63,364 nucleotides of DNA, filler included, from Octopus bimaculoides (GCF_001194135.2; 6 parts of 5 records of this genome joined end to end with filler, not necessarily neighbours in it); one strand, 5' to 3'. Positions 28,196 through 41,761 are shown, counted from the whole stretch's first letter. Notes: generated from the sequence alone by a model not told the origin. Translations and numbers: made by a program.

Positions 28196-28420
28196 CATAG
28201 CGTGTGTTGTGACAAGTATGGAAAGATAGTCGCTCATCTGCTACTCATTGAAAAGTGAACGAAATTGGAATACAATGATTACTTAATGCACTTTATACAC
28301 TATACACTTTATGCACAATTTTTAGACTTAATACACAGCACTCATAAAATAAATATTCACTCTTATTTTTCCATTTTACCCATAAACAAAAAAGAAAAAA
28401 GAAAAATATATCGTATATAT

Positions 28421-28735
28421 AGACGCATGGTGGCCGTGTGATAAGAAGCCTGCTGCCCAATCACATGATCCTGGGTTCAGTGCAGTGGCACCTTGGGCAA
28501 GTGTCTTCTACTATAGCCTCGGGCTGACCAAAGCCTTGTGAGTGGATTTGGAAAACAGAAACTGAAAGAAATATATATATGTATATAGTTATGTGTTTGT
28601 GTCTGTGTTTGTCCCTTCATTATCGCTTGACAACCGATGTTAGTATGTTTATGTCCCCGTAACTTAGCTGTTCAGCAAAAGATACCGATATAATAAGTAC
28701 CCGGCTTACAAAGAATAAGTCCAGGGGTCAATCTC
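28421..28735 (+). mobile_element. SINE family C copy abutting the truncated end of the DD37D element
   Basis: Same blocks as 56297-56850. Confidence 0.75.
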
Positions 28736-29820
28736 TTCGAGACGACTTCGGAATCTCCTGCAACTCTTCTGCACGGTCTCCTTGTTTAATTTGGTGAATG
28801 CTGCCATAATCCTTGCCTTCAGTTCATCAACTGCGCCCCGCACATAATAATCAAGGGGGTTGCAGTCTGGGGAGTTAAGTGGCTAGATGTTAGGGGTGAG
28901 TGGTCACAGAAATTGTCAGTCAGCCATGACTGGGTTCTCCTGCTTGTGTGGCATGGAGTAGAGTCCTGTTATCAGACGTAGGGTCTTCCAGCAGCCACTC
29001 TCTTGACCCAAGGGAGCACCATCTCCTCCAGGCACTTGATGTAGACGTCCGTGTTGAGTCTGAGGCTGTGTGGGAAAATGCTTAGAGTTATAACATCACC
29101 ATTACTAGTGATCACTCCAATCTCCATGATGTTGACTGGATGTTTGATTTTTATCATTCTCGATACATGTTTTGGGGACACAGCAAGTCAACGGTTGTTC
29201 TATGTGTTCGCCGTCTGATCCTGGCAGAAATTTTTCTCGTCTGAGAAAAACCAAAGCATGTTCGGTAGGAAGGGATGCTTCAGTTTGTTCAAAAGCTTCG
29301 TAGCGTTGTCTTTCCTCTTGTCCTTGATGGCTTGGGATTAAAGTTGGCCTTTCTTCATCTTGTATGAGAATTACCAAATGTATTCATGCACTACATATCT
29401 GATAAGAAATTCAGACACTCTCATGCCCCTGACGATGGACCTGATTGACTTGGGGGGATCGTTGTCAACCAGGAGTTCTTTTTTTTTTTATCAGAACGAT
29501 TAGCGTGAGCTTTCCGAGCTGTTGTACCCTCGTAATCACCATTAGACACATCCAGCTCTTTCCGAATCCTCTGCAGTGTCCTCGGATTGACACCCAAGCA
29601 CTCTGAAATGATCCTATTGGAGCTTCTAGCGCGAATGCCAAGCAGTACAAAATGCTGTTTCCAAATTTCTGACAGAGTGAATTGCGTCATGGTGCTGTTT
29701 TTCTCACATACGGTGCTCGACTGACCTTACTTTAGCGTGTAGTCGACAAAATCAAAACAAACAATGCACATGCACGAAATGAAAAGTATAAAATGGCGAC
29801 AATTTACCCATCACACTCTG
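28736..29820 (-). mobile_element. Tc1/mariner DD37D (maT-type) transposon remnant, 3'-truncated
   Basis: MTQFTLSEIWKQHFVLLGIRA.. N-terminus, FFSDEKNFCQD, KHPVNIM.., QDSTPCHTSRRTQSWL..NSPDCNPLDYYV with 37 residues between the last two Asp once a 1-nt deletion is corrected; in-frame stops. The left end cagagtgtgatgggtaaattgtcgcc abuts TA at 29821-29822; the right TIR is absent. Confidence 0.88.
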
Positions 29821-30850
29821 TATATACAGATAGAAAAGTAACCACGCGAGAACTGTTGGCGATTTTTCCTCCATTTTCCATTTGCTGTTATACTAATCTG
29901 TTTTTCCTGTTTTCGACGAAAAGCTATGCTCGAAAAGTAAATCAACAACTCCTCTTCAATCTCTAAGCGTCATATTAATACATTGCTTATGCTACGTGCC
30001 CACGTGTTTGTTTTTTCTTTTTCCTCTTTCTCTGTTTATTTAATTGACTATATATGTATGTACATATATATATATATATATACATATATACGTATAATAT
30101 CATATATATCGATATNNNNNNNNNNNNNNNNNNNNNNNNNNNNNNNNNNNNNNNNNNNNNNNNNNNNNNNNNNNNNNNNNNNNNNNNNNNNNNNNNNNNN
30201 NNNNNNNNNNNNNNNNNNNNNNNNNNNNNNNNNNNNNNNNNNNNNNNNNNNNNNNNNNNNNNNNNNNNNNNNNNNNNNNNNNNNNNNNNNNNNNNNNNNN
30301 NNNNNNNNNNNNNNNNNNNNNNNNNNNNNNNNNNNNNNNNNNNNNNNNNNNNNNNNNNNNNNNNNNNNNNNNNNNNNNNNNNNNNNNNNNNNNNNNNNNN
30401 NNNNNNNNNNNNNNNNNNNNNNNNNNNNNNNNNNNNNNNNNNNNNNNNNNNNNNNNNNNNNNNNNNNNNNNNNNNNNNNNNNNNNNNNNNNNNNNNNNNN
30501 NNNNNNNNNNNNNNNNNNNNNNNNNNNNNNNNNNNNNNNNNNNNNNNNNNNNNNNNNNNNNNNNNNNNNNNNNNNNNNNNNNNNNNNNNNNNNNNNNNNN
30601 NNNNNNNNNNNNNNNNNNNNNNNNNNNNNNNNNNNNNNNNNNNNNNNNNNNNNNNNNNNNNNNNNNNNNNNNNNNNNNNNNNNNNNNNNNNNNNNNNNNN
30701 NNNNNNNNNNNNNNNNNNNNNNNNNNNNNNNNNNNNNNNNNNNNNNNNNNNNNNNNNNNNNNNNNNNNNNNNNNNNNNNNNNNNNNNNNNNNNNNNNNNN
30801 NNNNNNNNNNNNNNNNNNNNNNNNNNNNNNNNNNCATATATACATATATT

Positions 30851-30882
<32 letters not shown>

Positions 30883-31588
30883 CAATATATATACATATAT
30901 TTATATAAGGAGTCATTTTTTTTTATTTGTATTGATGTAATCGTAGATGTGTGATTTCAGTGTGATAACTTCTTTAACATAGTTTCAGAATATAGAATGC
31001 ATCGATCAGTTTCTTCCTGAAAGTGTTTTACTATTTTTCCAGTTGTCTAAATGTTTAAAATGAGATAGTAACACACTTTCGATTATTATGTTGTGTATCT
31101 AAGAAATTATTGTCACCATTGTCAACTCTGCGGATAGTTAGTGATGTTAAAAATCAAAATTGTCTCATAAAAACGAAAAGGAAAATCATCAAGTCTCCCA
31201 CCACTTATCTGTCTGTATACAAAAAAAAAAAAATTGTTTGGTACAAATAGTCATTAAGTTTATAGTTCACCTGCTTATGTTTCAAGAAAACTTCCTATCA
31301 GCTAGGAAATCAATTCAAATATTGAATGTTCACAATGAAATTGTCGAGGAATTCAAGTAGAAATATAAACTGTGGTAGAAGACAATATAAAAGTGAATTT
31401 AGTTCGAGCGATTTGCATTGCAACCAAATAGAAATATAATGAAATTCAGAATAGAATTAGAAGCATATAGAAGGGAGGAGGGAACACGCGTTTTGTTATG
31501 CAATATCTGTATTTCCTTGGAAACCTTCATAAAATCCTAATGTGACGTATTAATTTAAATAAATTTTTATCTTTGTTTGAATTCATTG

Positions 31589-31675
31589 ATTATATAGTAT
31601 GTCAGACAAGGCACTTCATTATATAGTATGTCAGACAAGGCACTTCATTATATAGTATGTCAGACAAGGCACTTC
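31589..31675. repeat. Perfect 29-bp tandem repeat x3
   Basis: ATTATATAGTATGTCAGACAAGGCACTTC three times with no spacers. Confidence 0.95.
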
Positions 31676-32532
31676 AAGGCTGTTCCTTGCCTTCGTTCAC
31701 AATAAATATACACAACAAAAATTTACACATACATTCATGCGTATTTACATACACGCATGTACATACAGGCATACGTACTTGTGGGTGTGTGGGTGTATGT
31801 ATGTACACATACATACATTCATGCATACTGTATCCACACCTTTGAAACTAAAGAATACTGGTGAAATATTTCAATGAAAATCCACTGCAATCACGGTCGG
31901 CATGTTATTCTATGAGACATGAAGCAAAAATCATGCATTACTGTAATGTAAAGGTCTCGTCAAAATGTATGGAAAAACAGAAAGTCTATGAACTAATGTG
32001 TAACTTAAAGTTCTTGTGTCCGATTTATAGATTTTCATTTTTACCAACTCTCAAACGTGTTCACGGCTATGTGTAATAACAGATCTGCTTAAAAACCTGA
32101 AATACTAGTCAATCGATCTGTGGTGCAGTGAAGATTTCTAAAACAATCCAAAGATTTTCATTTGACTGCCTTGGAGTGAACATATGCACACAATCATCAC
32201 ATATGTGATACATACAAATATGCATACACAAATACACCGAGGGAGACTTATTTGCATGATGCATGTACACATATATGTATTTAATGGACGTCACCTTTGA
32301 GAAAAAATATATTCATAACAAGGTCTTAGTTCAGATACAGATTAAATCTTAATTTAAAAACATGTATCAGGAAGTGCATACGTGCCCGCGTGAATTGTTT
32401 CCTTTGTAAAACGTTACAAACCTAATACAAAGAAAACTATGAATGACTTCCAGTTTAAAGCATTACAAATGTCACATGTATTCTAAGATGTTATCCAAAA
32501 TTGATTGTTGCCAAGCAGAACAAGAGGTCAGC

Positions 32533-32599
<67 letters not shown>

Positions 32600-33420
32600 N
32601 NNNNNNNNNNNNNNNNNNNNNNNNNNNNNNNNNNNNNNNNNNNNNNNNNNNNNNNNNNNNNNNNNNNNNNNNNNNNNNNNNNNNNNNNNNNNNNNNNNNN
32701 NNNNNNNNNNNNNNNNNNNNNNNNNNNNNNNNNNNNNNNNNNNNNNNNNNNNNNNNNNNNNNNNNNNNNNNNNNNNNNNNNNNNNNNNNNNNNNNNNNNN
32801 NNNNNNNNNNNNNNNNNNNNNNNNNNNNNNNNNNNNNNNNNNNNNNNNNNNNNNNNNNNNNNNNNNNNNNNNNNNNNNNNNNNNNNNNNNNNNNNTATAT
32901 ATATATATATGTTCATCCGCACTTACAAGTACATACGTTACATACACCTCCACCACTTCATACTATATTTTTTTTATTCTCTTATTTTTTATAATACCAC
33001 TCCCCTGCTAATTTCCGTATTTCAGCCAAAAAAGCCCTTAGGATACCAACAGTCAAATAAGCGTGCTTAAATCCCTCACTCTGCCTTGCTTTATTCATAA
33101 CACTATCTCTCCCATGACCAAAAATATTTCCGTACCCTCTCTCCTCCAAATTAACTTTTCTTCAAATACCAATCCCCTTGCTAAATTCTGTGGTTCAGCC
33201 AAAACAAATCTATTATTTACTATCCGCCAACTGACCTTGCTTAAATTCCCCCTTCCTCTGACTCACTTCTATTTTCTTCTTTCTTCCCTTCTTCTAATAC
33301 TTATTTCTCCCTACATTTATATACTCCTCTCATACCGTGCTCTCTACACATTCTGATTGAGTCTTCCTTGCGTCAACATGTACCTTCTTGCGACAATGTA
33401 ACCTTTAATCTAATCAAGAT

Positions 33421-33514
33421 ATCCTTGGCCTGAAGAGTAGCCGACAGTATACACCTCACTTGGATTTTACCACTTCTGAAGTACCGCTTACTATGAAACG
33501 TATGTAGCCCGGAT
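33421..33514 (+). ncRNA. Type-I hammerhead ribozyme-like motif with long loop II
   Basis: ATCC-TT-GGC-CTGAAGA-GTAG(50 nt)CTAT-GAAAC-GTA-TGTA-GCC-C-GGAT: intact CUGANGA and GAAA cores, ACGT palindromic helix III, interrupted stem I. Confidence 0.55.
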
Positions 33515-33591
33515 CTTTCCTACTCCATTCCGTAGCTCTTGTATTCGATGATGAGGCATGATTTTTGTCTGAAATCTTCAGATTATTACTA

Positions 33592-33651
<60 letters not shown>

Positions 33652-33667
33652 ATTATTATTATTATTT

Positions 33668-33810
33668 TCTCTTTATCACAGGTCTTGTTGGAACTCCTGG
33701 AGTGTTGCATTACTACCTGTAGCATACGGTACCATGCTATTCGTTCTTTTCAGCTATCTAATACTGTCCTGATTATTCTGGCAGTGAACATTCTATTCCA
33801 ATTTCCTTTA
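33668..33810 (-). mobile_element. R4/Dong 3' end, same family as 4200-5990
   Basis: Reverse complement ..gtattagatagctgaaaagaac..actccaggagttccaacaagacctgtgataaagagaaaataat matches 5880-5990; flanked by (ATT)n on both sides. Confidence 0.75.
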
Positions 33811-33830
33811 TATTATTATCATCATCATCA

Positions 33831-33901
<71 letters not shown>

Positions 33902-34100
33902 TTTTTATGTTTGACTTTTGTTTTGCATTTGTACAAGTTGGATCCAAGTCTCACCCAGAGACCTCAAGAGACAACAAGTTAGAAGTTCATGTAGGTCTTA
34001 TGCCTAGGGTACCATATATTTGGATTTGTACAGTTTTGTTCAAGTGAATGTTTAAGAAACCATAAGAAAATTATGTTTGCTTTAAAATTTGAGATCACAT
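33902..34100 (-). mobile_element. Probable non-LTR element 3' UTR with (TAA)n tail (different subfamily)
   Basis: Minus strand ends ..caaaagtcaaacataaaaaataataat into the microsatellite; cut by the artificial spacer. Confidence 0.45.
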
Positions 34101-34200
34101 NNNNNNNNNNNNNNNNNNNNNNNNNNNNNNNNNNNNNNNNNNNNTTAATTAATTAANNNNNNNNNNNNNNNNNNNNNNNNNNNNNNNNNNNNNNNNNNNN
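34101..34200. other. Artificial scaffold spacer N44-TTAATTAATTAA-N44
   Basis: Same 100-bp structure as 14571-14670. Confidence 0.95.
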
Positions 34201-34254
34201 AAAGAGATATGGGGGGAGAGGTAGAAGGAGAAAGACAAAAGAAGGAATAGGAAA

Positions 34255-34324
34255 AGAAAGGAAGAAGAAAGAGAAGAAGAAGAAGAAGAAGAAGAAGAAG
34301 AAGAAGAAGAAGAAGAAGAAGAGC

Positions 34325-34395
<71 letters not shown>
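34255..34395. repeat. Compound (AAG)n(AGT)n microsatellite
   Basis: Direct reading. Confidence 0.92.
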
Positions 34396-35097
34396 TGAAG
34401 AAGACAGTAGAAGAAGATTATGAGGGTGGAAGAGAAAGAGAATGGAAAGAGGGCGTTTGTTATAGGAGAAATGATGAGGGTGAGCGTAGGGGAGAGGCGT
34501 GGAAATGAAAGGCAGTGGTTTGTGCGGTGGTAGCGGTGGTGGGGAGAGGAAAGAGAAAGAAAGGAAGATGAAATACAGGGAAGGGAAAAGAGGGGAGGAC
34601 AAAAGCAGTTAACCACATATATACAAGTTTATGTGAGGGTTAGATTACGATAAGCATACATACATATATATATACATATATATACACATTCACATAGATA
34701 CGTATATATTTACATGTGTAAATATATGTGAGTGTGTATATACGTATATGCGTATATATAAATATATATATATGTGTATATACATGTAAATATATATATA
34801 TATATGTGAAAGTAAACATATATTATATATATATACATATATAAAAAAATATATATATTTATATGTGTATGTATATATATGCATGTATGTAAGCATGCAT
34901 ATCGTAAAATTGGATATATGTGGTTAACATATATACATGCACATATGCATAAGCATATATATATTAGCGTATGCAATACATGCATATGTATACGTATGTG
35001 TGTATGTGTGTATGTATGCATGTATATACAATCATAAATTCAATACATCACTTTTTCTCCCTCCCTCCCTCCTTAGTTCCTTCTCACTCTTCATGAA

Positions 35098-35133
<36 letters not shown>

Positions 35134-35420
35134 TGTATGTATGTATAAATCTGTTCAGCGAGACACTGTGAGAGAGGTACCGTAGCAGAGCGAAAGAGAT
35201 AGCGTGGAAGAGAGAGGGAGAGAGAGAGAGAGAGAGAGAGGCCGAGAACTCGTTAATAATTGACTAGCAGACATCCACATACAATTACCTATCTAACACG
35301 CATGCTCACTCGCTTATATGAGCCCTTACACACATGCTCGTATGTTCACACGAACCAGCAGCGCGCACCCTGCCCATATATATATATATATACATATGCA
35401 TATATACATACATATATACG

Positions 35421-35457
<37 letters not shown>

Positions 35458-36179
35458 NNNNNNNNNNNNNNNNNNNNNNNNNNNNNNNNNNNNNNNNNNN
35501 NNNNNNNNNNNNNNNNNNNNNNNNNNNNNNNNNNNNNNNNNNNNNNNNNNNNNNNNNNNNNNNNNNNNNNNNNNNNNNNNNNNNNNNNNNNNNNNNNNNN
35601 NNNNNNNNNNNNNNNNNNNNNNNNNNNNNNNNNNNNNNNNNNNNNNNNNNNNNNNNNNNNNNNNNNNNNNNNNNNNNNNNNNNNNNNNNNNNNNNNNNNN
35701 NNNNNNNNNNNNNNNNNNNNNNNNNNNNNNNNNNNNNNNNNNNNNNNNNNNNNNNNNNNNNNNNNNNNNNNNNNNNNNNNNNNNNNNNNNNNNNNNNNNN
35801 NNNNNNNNNNNNNNNNNNNNNNNNNNNNNNNNNNNNNNNNNNNNNNNNNNNNNNNNNNNNNNNNNNNNNNNNNNNNNNNNNNNNNNNNNNNNNNNNNNNN
35901 NNNNNNNNNNNNNNNNNNNNNNNNNNNNNNNNNNNNNNNNNNNNNNNNNNNNNNNNNNNNNNNNNNNNNNNNNNNNNNNNNNNNNNNNNNNNNNNNNNNN
36001 NNNNNNNNNNNNNNNNNNNNNNNNNNNNNNNNNNNNNNNNNNNNNNNNNNNNNNNNNNNNNNNNNNNNNNNNNNNNNNNNNNNNNNNNNNNNNNNNNNNN
36101 NNNNNNNNNNNNNNNNNNNNNNNNNNNNCACACAAAGGAAATAGAACCAAAACAAAACAACAAAAAATGCACATCGCCG

Positions 36180-36201
36180 TTACATCATCATCATCATCAC
36201 T

Positions 36202-36253
<52 letters not shown>

Positions 36254-36406
36254 CTATCATCATCGCTATCAACATCATCTTCATCATTATCATCATCATC
36301 ATCACCATCACCACCATCCTCGTCAACACCTTTATTCTCATCATCATCCCTATCGTCATCGTCGACATCGTCATCATCGTCATCGCCAATACCACCGCTT
36401 TCGTCG

Positions 36407-36443
<37 letters not shown>

Positions 36444-36465
36444 TAACATCATCATCATCATCATC
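36180..36465. repeat. Degenerate (CAT)n tract
   Basis: Direct reading; source of the poly-Ser/His/Asp/Met ORFs in the track. Confidence 0.9.
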
Positions 36466-37557
36466 GAAGTCGCTTCCACCGATATCGTTTATAAAAACTG
36501 TACATTGCTGGATAACAAAACCATCACTGCTTACAAACATCGCCACCACACCCCACCGACACCCGTCACTGCCACTGCCACCGCCGCCGCCGCCACCNNN
36601 NNNNNNNNNNNNNNNNNNNNNNNNNNNNNNNNNNNNNNNNNNNNNNNNNNNNNNNNNNNNNNNNNNNNNNNNNNNNNNNNNNNNNNNNNNNNNNNNNNNN
36701 NNNNNNNNNNNNNNNNNNNNNNNNNNNNNNNNNNNNNNNNNNNNNNNNNNNNNNNNNNNNNNNNNNNNNNNNNNNNNNNNNNNNNNNNNNNNNNNNNNNN
36801 NNNNNNNNNNNNNNNNNNNNNNNNNNNNNNNNNNNNNNNNNNNNNNNNNNNNNNNNNNNNNNNNNNNNNNNNNNNNNNNNNNNNNNNNNNNNNNNNNNNN
36901 NNNNNNNNNNNNNNNNNNNNNNNNNNNNNNNNNNNNNNNNNNNNNNNNNNNNNNNNNNNNNNNNNNNNNNNNNNNNNNNNNNNNNNNNNNNNNNNNNNNN
37001 NNNNNNNNNNNNNNNNNNNNNNNNNNNNNNNNNNNNNNNNNNNNNNNNNNNNNNNNNNNNNNNNNNNNNNNNNNNNNNNNNNNNNNNNNNNNNNNNNNNN
37101 NNNNNNNNNNNNNNNNNNNNNNNNNNNNNNNNNNNNNNNNNNNNNNNNNTATATATATAGGCATACACACATATATCCGAAAATATATGCACTTATTGCA
37201 TATATTTGTACATAAAAACTTTTATATTATACATATATGACCACATGTTTGTATATATGTGTGTGTGTGTGTGTTTGTGTGTTTGTCTGTGTGTGTGCGT
37301 ACGCGTGCATGTGAGCATGTGTGCCTATCAATTTATCCATCTATCTATCTACCTATCTATTTATCTCTCTCTATACACACACACACACACACACTCACAC
37401 AAACACATATATATTGACCCTACAGGCATACACATACACACAGTTTAATCCTAACATTGAGCTCTCATTCTAAGTGGCCTGACCACGCTGCTTTTAACTT
37501 GGCACCTCCAAGAATATATAAATAATTATATACATACATGCATACATACATACATAT

Positions 37558-37614
<57 letters not shown>

Positions 37615-39371
37615 NNNNNNNNNNNNNNNNNNNNNNNNNNNNNNNNNNNNNNNNNNNNNNNNNNNNNNNNNNNNNNNNNNNNNNNNNNNNNNNNNNNNNN
37701 NNNNNNNNNNNNNNNNNNNNNNNNNNNNNNNNNNNNNNNNNNNNNNNNNNNNNNNNNNNNNNNNNNNNNNNNNNNNNNNNNNNNNNNNNNNNNNNNNNNN
37801 NNNNNNNNNNNNNNNNNNNNNNNNNNNAGAGAAGCAGATAAATAAGTTGGTTTAAGAAGTATATTTATATGTGTTTACAAAATAAAGACTACGGAAAACT
37901 CTGTATTTCGTGTTCCATGTAAATATATATATTCAATAAGCCCACTTGAGTTTATCTGACGCATATATAGACTTGCAGATATAAGGCGCAAGTGTGGCAA
38001 GAAGTTTGGTTCCCAGCAATATGGTTCTGTGTTCAGTCCCACTTCGCACGTTGGGCAGGTGTTTTTTTTTTTTTTACTATAGGAATTATTATTAACAGGT
38101 TTTGGACAATATAGTACTTAAAATTAGAAGAATTCAGAGCTAACTAAAGGGAATGATAACACGTCAGTTATAACCTGGATCAGTAGAATAAATAATGTAT
38201 AGCAGAAATTTATAGATATTATAATTTATTACTCTTCAATTACTGAAGCCGTGACAGGTTGCTCACGTGTGCTGCTGGGGAATAACATGGAACCCGCACA
38301 GCGAACTGAATGGTCGATCGTTCGCAAATAAACTGACTCTCCTCCCAGTCTCAGCTGGTGAGGAATCCTAATAAGACATAAGTAATACGTGTCAAAAGAA
38401 AGGATGAACCCTATGTAGAACCAACCACTGTCTATAGCAAGAACGTGGAGTCTTAGACACTCCGGGTTAGCGTTTCACATGATGTATGGCCACTGGGAAT
38501 GAAGCACCTTTTTCCTTTTGTTAAAGCACGTCTCTAAGAGAGAGGGCACTACTATATCGACAGCTACACTAGCAGTGTGGCGAAGAGGACTAAACAGACT
38601 TGGAAGGCACTTAGAAAGAATTCCACTCAACACATGGCTATGATGCTCCCCCACGACTTCTGCTCGTGATCAGAGATGGACATATCGTCAGCCACCAAGG
38701 GACATGCTCAACTGATTAAAGCCAAACTACTGACAAGCAAATCTGTGGTAACGAGCAGAATATTTGCTTTTGGCCCAACATTCACACGAAAACGACCATG
38801 TACATATTAACACTTTCAATCAGTGAAGGTCAGAAGCCATGAGAGCCACAGCCTGGTACTGAGACTGCATCGTAATTTACTTTCAGTGTAATAAAAAAAC
38901 CGAGTTTGGTTTGGCCTTAGGCATTACGTACCATTATTTAAAGAAAATTGCTACGAACTAGAATCAAAATCGGGTTTTAGCCGCGACTCAAAAAGAGCTT
39001 TAACATTACTCACCACTTCTAGAGAGTAAATTATCGCTTATTGATGTGCATAGCAGCTTCATTAGAAACGTTTGGATATAACCGGATAACGTTTCGATAT
39101 ATCGCAAAGTATTCTGGTATTAATATATATGGGCGTTAATATAGGAATATGATAATTAATGCTGAGCTAATCTTTTGTTGTATTTCCGCAACCAGGATAT
39201 TTGCAAACGTTATTAATGTTGGGATATCATTAGATGCGTTTAGCAGTTTGCAAAAGTTGGTTTGGTAACAGGATTTTCAATTCACTAATATACGCCATCG
39301 AAACCTCGTTTCTTTCCATAATTGAAATGTAGACACACACTGCACATGCACAAATACACACAGACATAAAT

Positions 39372-39403
<32 letters not shown>

Positions 39404-39460
39404 ACACACACGCACACACACGCACACACACACATATACACACATACACACACACAAGTC

Positions 39461-39640
39461 GGCGAGCTGGCAAGCAACGTTAGCACGCCGGCCGAAATGC
39501 TTAGCGGTATTTCGTCTGCCGCTACGTTTTGAGTTCAAATTCCGCCGAGGTCGACTTTGCCTTTCATCCTTTCGGAGTCAATTAAATAAGTACCAATCCG
39601 TTTGTCTGTCCTTGTTTGTCCCCTCTGTGTGTAGCCCCTT
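39461..39640 (+). mobile_element. SINE family A copy, little diverged
   Basis: ggcgagctggc..gttagcacgccggccgaaatgcttagcggtatttcgtctgccgctacg..ttccgccgaggtcgactttgcc. Confidence 0.8.
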
Positions 39641-39740
39641 NNNNNNNNNNNNNNNNNNNNNNNNNNNNNNNNNNNNNNNNNNNNTTAATTAATTAANNNN
39701 NNNNNNNNNNNNNNNNNNNNNNNNNNNNNNNNNNNNNNNN
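39641..39740. other. Artificial scaffold spacer N44-TTAATTAATTAA-N44
   Basis: Same 100-bp structure as 14571-14670. Confidence 0.95.
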
Positions 39741-40199
39741 ATTTAATGTCCACTCTGAGTGCTGGTATGGCTTAGACAGTTTGATAGGATTCAGTGCTCC
39801 GCAAGGCTATATCAGGCTCCAATGTCAGCTTTGGCATGGTTTCTACAGCTGGATGCTCTTTCTAATGCCATACACTTAACAAAGTGTATTGGGGCTTTTA
39901 CACGCCACCAGCACTAGTGAGTTTGCCAAGTAACTTGCAAGACAGAAGAAGAACAAGAAGAAAGAAATGAAAAAGCTCCTACTACACAGCACCTTGGGCA
40001 AGTGTCTTGTACTATAGCCTCATATTGACCATGGCCTTGTGAATGGAGTTGGTAGACAGAAAATGAAAAGCCTATCATATATATATATATATGTATATCG
40101 TGATTTTAGTCTTTTAAATAAAATTATGTTAGAATTGTTGTTAATTATTGATTTGTGAAATGCTTACATAGATAAGTACCCTTTTCTCTTTTGAACAGG

Positions 40200-41761
40200 T
40201 TAAAAGTTCATTTCAGGTGAATATATGTACACATATATATATATATGTGTGTGTCTTCAAAACAGAAAAGGGGTAACAAAACTTCTAAGACAGTTCTATT
40301 TAAAACATTAAAATCATGATAAGGTTATTTACATTCTCAATATTTGTTACTGAATTACCAAGAGCATTAGCAACATAAATGACATAATACTGACCTCAGT
40401 CAGAAATAAATGTGTTAAATCATGGACTTGACTTAAATACTTAAATATGAGTAATAGATTGATAAAGACGTTCCTTCACCCTACAATGATAATCAGCTAG
40501 ACAGTTGTCACACAAAATTATTTATAGAATATCACTGAATGGTACAGAGTATAAAATGATAACCTAACAAGCAGAGACCTTGAGCAGGTCTCAGTTTCCA
40601 GCTGAAACCATTTCACATACCTTCTATGAGATAAGTGATGTCCAGGTAAATTCTGTAAATCGATGAATTTGTACCTAATCAAAAGAAATATTGTTCAGTC
40701 CAAGTACAATGATATCTCTGGAAGATGACTGGGGTTACATGGAACTAAATCTGGAAAGAACTTCCTTGGATAGAAATGTATAAAAAGATTGTTGCCTCAA
40801 TAAAAAAATAAGTTACTACACATTGGTCTCCAATACATATTGCAACTGAAAATGCATTTATAAGATTTAAAATGTATGTAGTTTTCTATGTTAGAACAGG
40901 AGTTTTTAATATCCATGTAGTTGCATACCCTCAATCTTTGATAAAGCCTGGGTAATTGAACTAATTAAGCTTTCCAATGAAATCTAGCTTTTGGTCTAAA
41001 CTTAACACCACAGTCATTTTTATTTTTTTAATTTTTTTTATATAACTGGAACCTATGGAGATACCATATTTTATTAATTTTTTTTTTTTTTTTTTTGATA
41101 GGTAAATTTAGAGATATTTATTACACTGTTTCATTATACTAATGATGTTGACTATGTTTCTGTTTTCATTTCATAAGTAATTATGAAAAATATAACATTA
41201 AAAATACATGATAAGGCAGACTGATATTAAAAAGGTTATGCACTGAATATGAATTTCTTTTCACAAACAGAAAGCTAATTCTTTTTCAAAAAGGGATTAG
41301 CTGATAAACTCCACTATATAACTAGTATACATTTCTGATGCAACAGAGTTAGAAAGTGTAACCAAGAGATACTGAATCCAACTTGTCATTCTATTGTATA
41401 GGAAAATTCAAATGCCCAAGTATATAGAATATTGCTATCAATTCAAGAATAAATTAATTTAAAGAAATACAGATGAGTTTTTAAAATTATTTATTGCAAA
41501 GTCATAAACACAAGATTTATTGGAAAACAAACTGGATTGTCGATTATATAGAATTGAAAAACCACCTTTACAATTGTATCAGTTGAAGAATTGCTTTTAT
41601 ATATATATATATAACTTTTGCATTGGTACAGTTTTCAAGTCTCTCTTCATAAGGAAAAAGATAACATCAAAATAATCTTTAAAAAAATATAAAGAATTTA
41701 AATTATAAGACAACTGTATACATTTGGTTAATTAACAATTAAAAGAACTATATTTTGGTAA
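40200..41761 (-). other. Probable 3' UTR region of the EPHX4-like gene (extent uncertain)
   Basis: About 1.5 kb of AT-rich sequence almost free of recognisable repeats directly after the stop codon. It has several minus-strand AATAAA candidates (TTTATT on + near 41020, 41070, 41115 and 41490); the true cleavage site is unknown. Confidence 0.4.

Noticed and set aside
31589-31675. 29-bp repeats of CRISPR-like length
   Set aside because: No spacers between units, no cas genes, and a eukaryotic context.
35318-37240. 640-aa and 614-aa ORFs with poly-Ser/His/Asp
   Set aside because: Mostly N gaps plus one degenerate (CAT)n tract; no splice or homology support.
38240-38860. GC-richer segment suggestive of a LINE 5' UTR or promoter
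   Set aside because: No second copy in the window and no coding motif to classify it.
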